Shown piece by piece: positions 37,399 through 44,936 of a stretch of DNA of 64,000 nucleotides. Source of the DNA: Candidatus Kaiserbacteria bacterium (GTDB lineage: Bacteria; Patescibacteriota; Minisyncoccia; Phycocordibacterales; Phycocordibacteraceae); the NCBI GenBank assembly GCA_016182485.1, contig JACPGH010000007.1:27656-91655 (forward strand). The letters are read 5' to 3'. Position 1 is the stretch's first letter, and every line of letters starts with the position of its first letter. The position numbers and the translations under genes were made by a program. The notes under the pieces were generated by a model, which was given only the letters and a program-made list of their open reading frames with translations, did not search any database and was not told the origin of the DNA.

Positions 37399-37839
37399 GT
37401 CGGATAACCGAATTAACTAAATAATAGCTCGTCATTTCGGCAAAAAAATACCTACAAAAAAATTGTGTGGATAATGCGCTGACCTGCGCTTCAGATGAAC
37501 CGCTGAGACGGGGCCATTTTCGATCGAAACGTACGCATTTCTCACCCATTTTTTCAAAATCGTCCCGCAAAACCAGAAATCGGACGCTCCAAAGCGGAAT
37601 AGGCCACGCAAAGCCGGCCCAAGCGCATGTCAAAGCTCACGGAAACCTGTGTAAATTAGCTTTGAGAGCGGCATATTCGCGGTCCAGAGACGTCCATAAT
37701 TGATATTCTGAAATCACCCCAGACTTATGCGCGACATATACCGCTTATTTTTTAGATATTTCGGGCAAGCGACCTGGCTCACAACCGAATAGCAGTGATC
37801 GATGAATGGCGCTATTTACGCATTGTAAAAATAAATTCA

Positions 37840-37960
37840 GCCACTGCGCACAATATGAGATTGCATATATTGTGCGCACACATGCTTATCTCATAGAATA
37901 GATCTCCCTCAAGGAGATGAAATGCACAATATATATAGTATGTGACCTATACTTTCCCTT
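37840..37960. promoter_or_regulatory. AT-rich upstream region of the giant gene with operator-like inverted repeats (GCGCACAATAT / ATATTGTGCGC half-sites x3; hairpin atctccctcaaggagat)
   Basis: gcgcacaatatgagattgcatatattgtgcgc palindrome at 37845-37878, a further half-site gcacaatatatat at 37923-37935, and TATA-like hexamers. Confidence 0.4.
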
Positions 37961-38021
37961 TTTGGCACATTTTTCACTTTTATTTGTCAGGCAGTTTTAG
38001 ACGAGACAAGAAAGCATTGTA

Positions 38022-38795
38022 CTATCTGTCTATTTCATAGACTACTACCCCTGCCATGAGCGAGGCTCGTTTATCCGATTCTATATATTTATCGAAATAT
38101 CCAGTGCCAAGTATCGCCAGGGCCATAGTACACACGGCAACTAAAGCTCCAGACAGATATATCGCAGAGACCATCCTCTTTCCTCTGCTTTTAGGCTGAT
38201 CGTCTCCTTTATCCTCTGCTTCCTTCGGGAAATCCGGCAGCAGCTCCTTAGGAGGATGCCGGTATATGGCGCGGATTGGTATGTCTACCGATTCTTCGCT
38301 CTTCTCTCCGGGTCCTTCCACGCGTTCCGCGCGCTCTTCAGGCTCGAAATTGGCCTTCTCTATTTCGTTGGACGCTGTAATTGGGGTCGTAGCTATGCTT
38401 GCAACCTGCTCAAACCATGATTTCCAAGTCTCTGCCATATTCAATGGCGCAGATTCCGCGGAATTGTTCTCATCCGCGGATATCCGCTGATTTGAATCGG
38501 CGGTTATCAGCTCCTCCAGAGGAGCAGGCCCGTAGCGTGGAGATTCCCAGGCAGAAGAGACAAAAGATCGTGACTCATGGCTCTTTCCCCTCTTAGGCTC
38601 CTGTTTGGGAGTCTCCTCGCCGAAGCGATGATCGCGGACCGCAGTCTCAAGAACATACCAATTCCGACCTACTAGCCTGGCAGGCAGACGCCCTTCTCGG
38701 CACAGCTGCCCTATGTAATCCTTCGCATACCCGGTTACCTTCGCAGCTTGTTTTGACGATATGTACTTCTTGTCTTCGATAAGCAGCTCGTCCAT
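38022..38795 (-). CDS. Small paralogue of the giant protein's N-terminus: HTH_17-type DNA-binding domain + RISAD repeat region + C-terminal TM anchor (257 aa)
   Basis: KYISSKQAAKVTGYAKDYIGQLCREGRLPARLVGRNWYV aligns with the giant N-terminus. Shared palindromic DNA motif atccgcggatatccgctgat. C-terminal hydrophobic helix. Confidence 0.6.
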   Translation of the reverse strand: MDELLIEDKKYISSKQAAKVTGYAKDYIGQLCREGRLPARLVGRNWYVLETAVRDHRFGEETPKQEPKRGKSHESRSFVSSAWESPRYGPAPLEELITADSNQRISADENNSAESAPLNMAETWKSWFEQVASIATTPITASNEIEKANFEPEERAERVEGPGEKSEESVDIPIRAIYRHPPKELLPDFPKEAEDKGDDQPKSRGKRMVSAIYLSGALVAVCTMALAILGTGYFDKYIESDKRASLMAGVVVYEIDR

Positions 38796-38847
38796 GCCAG
38801 CAGTATAGCCATATCTCGGCTGGGATGGAAGGGAGATGTGTACAAAC

Positions 38848-40347
38848 CTATCCTATTCGTTCCCGTAGCAACTTTTGCAGTTCTTGAGGATTGCCCGCTC
38901 CGCGGCTCTCCCGCATAGCCTGCCCGACCAGGTACTGAAGGGAGGCCTGTTTGCCGCCTCTGTACTCCTCAACCGCCTTCTGCTCGCGGGCAATTACGGA
39001 ATCAACTATGGCGCCGAGCGCAGTCGCATCGTGCACTTGGATAAGATCGTGCTCCTTCGCGATAATTTCCGGATCTTCATTACCGCCGCCTTCTACTAAA
39101 AGCGCGAGCGTATCCTTCGCGCCGCGGGAAGAGAGCGACTGGGCTTTCACCAGCTTGATGAGTTTTGCGAATGCATTTGGATCCAGTGATTCGTAATCTT
39201 CATTCCCTTTCTTTGCGTATATACCGGCAAGATCTGAAACTATGTAATTTGCCGCCAGACGAACATTATCCGAATCATTTGAAAGCGCGGCTGCGACGGC
39301 GTCGAAGAAGGCCGCCCGCTCGAGAGTGCCTGAGACATATGCGATATCGTTCTCCTTAAGCGCATAGTCTCTCGCGTACCGCTCGCGCCGGAGCCAGGGC
39401 AGCTCGGGCAGCGACGCGCGTATCGCTTCAGTCCCGAATTCCGGAATCTCAGAAATAAGCAGCTTGGGCAGATCGGGTTCCGGAAAATACCTATAGTCGG
39501 CGCTCCCCTCTTTAAACCGCTGGTGGAAGGTCTCCTGTTTTTCTTCGTTCCAGCCGCGCGTCTCCTGCACCACCTTCCCTCCTTCTTGGAGCAGTTTCGT
39601 CTGCCGCTTGATCTCAAAATCAATCGCCCGCTCCACTGACCTAAACGAATTCAGGTTTTTTATTTCGACCTTTGTTCCCAGTTTTGAATTTTGGTCATTG
39701 GTGCTTGTTTGGTTCTTGAGATTTGGTTCTTGGGATTTAGCCACGCTGACGTTCGCCTCGATGCGCATCTCGCCTTTTTCCAGATTCGCTTCGCTGGCGC
39801 CGAGAGTGCGCAAGAGAAGCTGCAGTTCGCGCGCGAAGCGGCCGGCAGTCGAAGCATCGGGGATGACCGGCTCCGTTACTAGCTCCATGAGCGGGATGCC
39901 CGCGCGATTGAAATCGACGAGACTCCTTCCTGCAGTCCGTTCGCTGCGCTCAGGATCTCCGGCTTCGCCTGCGACGTGAATAGAGCGGGCGGTATCTTCT
40001 TCGAGATGCACGCGCGTCAATTCCACTCCAACAAGAGAGCCGCCGACAACAAGCGGGTTGGCATACTGACTGATCTGATACCCCTTCGGAATATCCGGGT
40101 AAAAATAGGACTTGCGATCGAATTCGCTGTAGTCCGCGAGCGCGCCGCCGAGCGCGGTGCCGACACGCAGGATATGCCGCACCGCCTCCCGATTCGCTAC
40201 CGGCAGAGTCCCGGGGTGAGCGAGACAAATGGGACATATATTGACGTTCGGCCGCGTCTCGTCCGGATCGTTCGCGCAGGAGCAGAACATCTTGGTCCGG
40301 GTCTTGAGCTCGGCGTGGATCTCGAGACCGATGGTAGGACGATACAT
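38848..40347 (-). CDS. gatB: Asp-tRNA(Asn)/Glu-tRNA(Gln) amidotransferase subunit B
   Basis: MYRPTIGLEIHAELKTRTKMFCSC…, GatB/YqeY C-terminal domain. Start set at the conserved N-terminus; the upstream extension is repeat read-through. Contains an in-frame family-2 repeat insert at 39655-39765. Confidence 0.85.
   Translation of the reverse strand: MYRPTIGLEIHAELKTRTKMFCSCANDPDETRPNVNICPICLAHPGTLPVANREAVRHILRVGTALGGALADYSEFDRKSYFYPDIPKGYQISQYANPLVVGGSLVGVELTRVHLEEDTARSIHVAGEAGDPERSERTAGRSLVDFNRAGIPLMELVTEPVIPDASTAGRFARELQLLLRTLGASEANLEKGEMRIEANVSVAKSQEPNLKNQTSTNDQNSKLGTKVEIKNLNSFRSVERAIDFEIKRQTKLLQEGGKVVQETRGWNEEKQETFHQRFKEGSADYRYFPEPDLPKLLISEIPEFGTEAIRASLPELPWLRRERYARDYALKENDIAYVSGTLERAAFFDAVAAALSNDSDNVRLAANYIVSDLAGIYAKKGNEDYESLDPNAFAKLIKLVKAQSLSSRGAKDTLALLVEGGGNEDPEIIAKEHDLIQVHDATALGAIVDSVIAREQKAVEEYRGGKQASLQYLVGQAMRESRGAGNPQELQKLLRERIG
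39655..39765. repeat. Family-2 AT-rich repeat (ttggtcattggtgcttgtttggttcttgagatttggttcttgggattt) inserted in frame in gatB
   Basis: Identical motifs to the intergenic copies at 40375-40535 and 41932-41995. Encodes …KSQEPNLKNQTSTNDQNSKLGTKVEIKNL…. Confidence 0.7.
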
Positions 40348-40374
40348 ATGCGAAAGATACTTCATAAAGCACCA

Positions 40375-40535
40375 AATCTCAAATCGCAAGATCCAAGATG
40401 AGTGCCCAAGAACCAACCTCTAAGAACCAAACAAAAACCAATGTCCAAAGGACCAATGTTTTATTTTTGAAGATTGGTGCTTGAAATTTGTTTGGTACTT
40501 GGGGTTTGGTGCTTGGAATTTAGTATTTTTGAGAG
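40375..40535. repeat. Family-2 AT-rich imperfect-palindrome element (arms caagaacca… / …ttggtgcttgg), complete copy between gatB and obg
   Basis: Left arm ccaagaaccaacctctaagaaccaaacaaaaaccaatg and right arm cattggtc…ttggtgcttgaaatttgtttggtacttggggtttggtgcttgg are roughly reverse-complementary. Confidence 0.7.
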
Positions 40536-41483
40536 TGTACCCGAGAATGCTTTGACCGATTCGGGCTCTTCGACCGTGACTGAAAGCACTTCCCTGCCGG
40601 TACTAGCGGCTAGAAGCTGGATCCTGGTTTCTCGTTCTGCGGCAGATATGAGGTCTATTTTTGACAGGATAATAATCTCTCGTTTGCGGGTCAGGCCTTG
40701 GCCGAATGCCTCAAGCTCTTTGCACACCTCCTCATAGGCCTTTAGCGGGTCATCTTGGTCTGCCGAGACGAGATGCAAGAGAATACCTGTCCTTTCTATA
40801 TGCTTCAGGAATTTTATGCCGAGTCCTCGGCCAGCCGAGGCGCCTTCTATCAAACCAGGTATATCGGCCAGGATATAGCCATAGAAATCGCCGAGCGTTG
40901 GTTCGAGGGTTGTAAAGGGATAGTCCCCTATCTTAGACTTCGCGCGAGTAAGGGCGTTTAAGAGAGAGGATTTCCCGGCATTGGGCAAGCCAATGAGCCC
41001 CACATCGGCGATAAGCTTGAGAGACAGCTCGATATTCCCCTCCTTCCCCGGCTTGCCGGCTGTCTGCTGGAAAGGATTCCGGTTCGTAGAGCTCTTGAAG
41101 CGCGCGTTGCCGAGCCCGCCCTTCCCCCCGCGGAAGATAATGATGCGCTCCCCTTCTTCCTTCACCTCGTACTCCTTCCCGACCGAGGGCACTCGGACAT
41201 GCGTTCCGACCGGGACCTTAAGGAGAACCGGCTCGCCGTCCGCCCCGGTCTGAAGCTCGTTCTTCCCAGCTTCGCCGTCTTCTGCCTTAAATTTTTTCTC
41301 ATATTTATAATTGGCGAGAGCGGCATAATCACGCACTCCAACCAGAATAACGTCGCCTCCCCTGCCGCCATCCCCGCCCGAGGGCCCGCCCTTCGCCTTT
41401 TCTTTGGTCCGCCGCCAGCGAATGACGCCGTCGCCGCCCTTCCCCGCCGCGGCGTAGATTGTCACCTCGTCTACAAATGCCAT
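40461..41483 (-). CDS. obg: GTPase Obg/CgtA
   Basis: Obg fold N-domain (GGDGG repeats), G1 GLPNAGKSS, G3 DIPGLIEGA. Start set at MAFVDEV. The C-terminal 23 aa are encoded by the family-2 repeat. Confidence 0.85.
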   Translation of the reverse strand: MAFVDEVTIYAAAGKGGDGVIRWRRTKEKAKGGPSGGDGGRGGDVILVGVRDYAALANYKYEKKFKAEDGEAGKNELQTGADGEPVLLKVPVGTHVRVPSVGKEYEVKEEGERIIIFRGGKGGLGNARFKSSTNRNPFQQTAGKPGKEGNIELSLKLIADVGLIGLPNAGKSSLLNALTRAKSKIGDYPFTTLEPTLGDFYGYILADIPGLIEGASAGRGLGIKFLKHIERTGILLHLVSADQDDPLKAYEEVCKELEAFGQGLTRKREIIILSKIDLISAAERETRIQLLAASTGREVLSVTVEEPESVKAFSGTLSKILNSKHQTPSTKQISSTNLQK

Positions 41484-41571
41484 TGCACCACGATACGCTA
41501 AAAAGAACCAAGAACCAAATCGCAAGAACCAAACAAACCACGCTAAAAAGAACCAAGGACCAAACAAACAC
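41484..41571. repeat. Family-2 element, left-arm type (aagaaccaa periodic repeats)
   Basis: aaaaagaaccaagaaccaaatcgcaagaaccaaacaaaccacgctaaaaagaaccaaggaccaaacaaaca. Confidence 0.65.
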
Positions 41572-41931
41572 TCAGGATACCTTATTGATGATTGCAGTAA
41601 GTATGAGCATGATTTCCCGCGCCTCGGATCTCAAGCGATGGCATTCCGCTATTCCATTTTCATTTGACTCTAGCAAGGAAAGCCAAAAGGCACTTTCCTT
41701 TGCTTCTTTTCGAGATATCCGCAATCTCATAACGAAGTCCTTCTTCCCGAGCGCCTCATTTCCTTCAATATAATTTGCCCCAATGGCTCCGGATGAGCGA
41801 ACTAATTGCTTAGCATCTTCATTGTTTTGTATGGTTTTCGGTAATCTGGAAACAAGCTTTCGTACGTCTTGAGCAAAAATCAGCGTCCTTTCTTCAAGAT
41901 TAAAACGTTTGCTCTTTTGAACATTGGTCAT
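41572..41931 (-). CDS. Four-helix-bundle protein (second paralogue; PF05635/TIGR02436 family)
   Basis: 119 aa. SSGAIGANYIEGNEA…KDFVMRLRISRKEAKESAFWL. Sits between the left and right arms of a family-2 element. Confidence 0.75.
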   Translation of the reverse strand: MTNVQKSKRFNLEERTLIFAQDVRKLVSRLPKTIQNNEDAKQLVRSSGAIGANYIEGNEALGKKDFVMRLRISRKEAKESAFWLSLLESNENGIAECHRLRSEAREIMLILTAIINKVS

Positions 41932-44474
41932 TGAGATTTGTTTGGTTCTTGCGATTTGTGATTTGGTACTTCAATAATACTCCATCCGTCGGCGAGGAAC
42001 GGTTCGGCTTTTTTATATTTTATCGTCTTCGTTTCGTCGCCTTTTTTGATGGTAACAAAATCGTTCCGGCCGTAGGATTGCTTGTTTACGATCGGCTGAG
42101 ACCCGGAGTCTTCCGAGCCGGCGGCTATGAGTTGCGCCCGGATCTTCGCTTCTTCCGCCCTGATGCGCGCCTCGTCCCGCGGCAGGATGTGCGGAACCAT
42201 CTCGGCGATGGTGGCACGGATATTTTCTTCGAGCTGACGGAAGCGCGCGAGCCCTTCGCGCCGATACTCGATGAGAGGATCCCGCTGGCCATACGCGCGC
42301 AAGGACACCGAGCGGCGCAGATAATCCATCGCCTCTAGATGCTCGAGCCAGAAAGTGTCGATTACCTGCAGAAGGAGTCTCCGGAGGGTCGCTCCGAACG
42401 CCTCGCCTAGCTCGGCCTTCCTGGCTTCGAATGTCTCGAGGGTCTGCGCAGGCGCGCCCGCGAGCATCTCCCGGACGATCTCTTCCACTTCGGCGTTACT
42501 CCCGAGAAGCGCGGTCCGGCGGCGAGCATAGATCGCGAGCCGCTGGGTATTCATCACGTCGTCGTAGGCGAGCACCTGCTTGCGCGCGTCGAAGTTGAAG
42601 CCCTCGATGCGCTCCTGCGCCGTCTCGAGCGACCGCGTTATCATCGCGCTCTCTATCGGCTCGTCCTCGGGAATGCCGAAGCGGCCCATCACCTTCTTCA
42701 GGGTCTCAGACGCGAACACGCGCATCAGCTTGTCTTCCAGAGATACGTAAAATCTCGTTTCGCCGGGATCGCCTTGGCGGCCGGAGCGGCCGCGCAGCTG
42801 ATTGTCGATGCGGCGCGCGTCATGCCGCTCCGTGCCGATGACCACCAACCCTCCCTTTAAGAGAACGGAGGCGCGCTCGTCCGCAGTGGCGCGCGCGCCG
42901 CCGAGCTTGATGTCGACGCCTCGGCCGGCGAGGTTGGTCGCCACCGTCACCCTCCCCTCCTTCCCCGCCTCCGCAATGATCTCGCCTTCGCGTTCGTGAT
43001 TCTTAGCGTTCAGCAACTCGTGCGGCACTCCCGCCTCGGCGAGATACCCGCTCACCAGCTCGTTGTCCTCGATCGATACGGTGCCGACGAGGATCGGCTG
43101 GCCTTTCTCATGCCGTTCCTTCACGGCTTTCGCCACCGCGCGGTATTTCCCGGCCGCCGTCTGGAATATGAGGTCGTCGTGATCCTTGCGCGCGACCGGC
43201 TTGTTAGTCGGGATGGCTACGACCTCGAGCCCGTAGACTGTATAAAATTCTTCCTCGGAAGAGAGGGCCGTGCCCGTCATGCCCGCGAGCCGCGCATACA
43301 TACGGAACAGATTTTGGAACGTCACGGTCGCGTACGTCCGCGTTTCTTCTTTCACTGCGGCGCCTTCTTTCGCCTCGATCGCTTGATGCAGGCCCTCCGA
43401 CCAGCGGCGGCCGGGCTGGAGCCTGCCGGTAAACTCGTCGACGATGACTATCTCGCCGCCCTGTACCACATATTCCTTATCCTTATGGAAAAGCGCCTTG
43501 GCGCGCACGGCCGTCTCAAGATGGTGCGCGTACTTCACCCCGCCCTCGGTATATAAGTTCTCGAGGCCGAGCGCCGCTTCGGCTTTTTTCATTCCCGCGT
43601 CCGTCACTTGGATCGCCTTCTGCTTCTCGTCCACCGTGTAATCCTCTCCCTCCCGCATGTGCTCGACGATGCCGGCGAACCGCTCGTAGAGCATCTGCGA
43701 ATCTCCCGCGGGCCCCGAGATGATAAGCGGAGTGCGCGCTTCGTCGATCAAGATCGAGTCTACCTCGTCGATGATCGCGTAATGGAAGCCGCTCTGCCGC
43801 TGGACTATCTGCGGCATTTCATACGCGGTATTGTCGCGCAGGTAATCGAATCCCAATTCGTTGTTCGTCACGTAGGTGATGTCCGCGGCGTACGCCTCCT
43901 GCTTGGACACCGGCCGCAGATAATCGTAAAAGACGAGATACGCCCCGGCTACATCGCGCGCCTCGTCCTCCTGCTTCTCCGTATGCGATGCGTCATATCG
44001 AAAGGCGCCGGAACTCGTCACCACGCCCACCGAAAGGCCGAGATAATCGTAGATCTGTCCCATCCAGGCCGCATCGCGCCGCGCGAGATAGTCGTTCACC
44101 GTGATGATGTGCACGCCTTTGCCGGAGAGCGCATGGAACGTGGCCGGTAGAGTCGCGACCAGCGTCTTCCCTTCTCCGGTGCGCATCTCGGCGATCTTCC
44201 CCTGCGCGAGCGCGAGCCCTCCCGCGAGCTGGACATCGAAATGGAACTGCCCGAGGGTACGGCGCGCCGCTTCGCGCACGAGAGCAAATACAAGCGGCAA
44301 GTCCTCCTCCCGAGCGGCTTCGCCCTTGAGCGCCGCGAGCCTCCCGGAAAGCGCCTCTTTCGGCAGTCCCGTAAGCTCGCCCTCGAGCGCATTCACCCTC
44401 TCGATGGCCGGCGCCGCCGCTTTGAGAAATGCGGCGGATTGATCCTTAGAGAATAAGCGCGAAAGCCCTAACAT
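41928..44474 (-). CDS. secA: Preprotein translocase ATPase SecA
   Basis: MLGLSRLFSKDQSAAFLKAAAPAIERVNALE… N-terminus, DEAD-like motor domains, GTERHDARRIDNQLRGRSGRQGDPG. Start set at the conserved Met; the upstream 100-codon ORF extension is not supported. Confidence 0.85.
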   Translation of the reverse strand: MLGLSRLFSKDQSAAFLKAAAPAIERVNALEGELTGLPKEALSGRLAALKGEAAREEDLPLVFALVREAARRTLGQFHFDVQLAGGLALAQGKIAEMRTGEGKTLVATLPATFHALSGKGVHIITVNDYLARRDAAWMGQIYDYLGLSVGVVTSSGAFRYDASHTEKQEDEARDVAGAYLVFYDYLRPVSKQEAYAADITYVTNNELGFDYLRDNTAYEMPQIVQRQSGFHYAIIDEVDSILIDEARTPLIISGPAGDSQMLYERFAGIVEHMREGEDYTVDEKQKAIQVTDAGMKKAEAALGLENLYTEGGVKYAHHLETAVRAKALFHKDKEYVVQGGEIVIVDEFTGRLQPGRRWSEGLHQAIEAKEGAAVKEETRTYATVTFQNLFRMYARLAGMTGTALSSEEEFYTVYGLEVVAIPTNKPVARKDHDDLIFQTAAGKYRAVAKAVKERHEKGQPILVGTVSIEDNELVSGYLAEAGVPHELLNAKNHEREGEIIAEAGKEGRVTVATNLAGRGVDIKLGGARATADERASVLLKGGLVVIGTERHDARRIDNQLRGRSGRQGDPGETRFYVSLEDKLMRVFASETLKKVMGRFGIPEDEPIESAMITRSLETAQERIEGFNFDARKQVLAYDDVMNTQRLAIYARRRTALLGSNAEVEEIVREMLAGAPAQTLETFEARKAELGEAFGATLRRLLLQVIDTFWLEHLEAMDYLRRSVSLRAYGQRDPLIEYRREGLARFRQLEENIRATIAEMVPHILPRDEARIRAEEAKIRAQLIAAGSEDSGSQPIVNKQSYGRNDFVTIKKGDETKTIKYKKAEPFLADGWSIIEVPNHKSQEPNKSQ
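41932..41995. repeat. Family-2 element, right-arm type (ttggttctt repeats)
   Basis: cattggtcattgagatttgtttggttcttgcgatttgtgatttggtacttc. Confidence 0.65.
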
Positions 44475-44600
44475 TGGGCCATCATACCCCGTATGACTAC
44501 TTTTCGCGATATTGCATATTGGTAAAAGTACGTACAGCCAGCGCGTGGAGGCATACATAGAAAACAGGCGCGGCATCGGCGAGTTGTCATACGGGGCATA

Positions 44601-44636
44601 ACAGAAAATCGCGTCCTCCGGGACGCGATTTTCTGT
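44601..44636 (-). promoter_or_regulatory. Perfect 16-bp stem hairpin (acagaaaatcgcgtcc-tccg-ggacgcgattttctgt) in the secA leader
   Basis: Lies ~125 nt upstream of the secA start and directly downstream of a 15-codon Lys-rich mini-ORF (44651-44698). Confidence 0.35.
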
Positions 44637-44936
44637 ATCGAGGCTGATACTATTTGCGCTTCTTCGATGCCTTTTTCTTTGCCTTCTTCTTTGCCATGGT
44701 GGTTGCAATTTAGAATAACGGCTGATATGTCGACCCGTCTGCGCATTCGCCAGCTGGCGAAAAATTTTCCGCAAACGTTTCTACTCACTAGTATCGCGCA
44801 TTAAAAATATTTTTTGGGTTAATTTTTGCGCGACCTGTGGATAAACTCGCGTCAAAAAATTTCTCCGCAAAAAAATTTTCTCTAAAAGTTTTGAAAATCT
44901 TCTTGTTTCTCCCGCTTGCCCAGTAGGAAATGCCTT

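Noticed and set aside
41928-44774. The upstream extensions of the computed ORFs for secA, gatB, obg, gap, rpe, the epimerase, GT4 and the TagF-like gene
   Set aside because: The conserved N-termini begin at internal Met codons. The extensions read through stop-free AT-rich repeat arms or leader regions and have non-protein-like composition.
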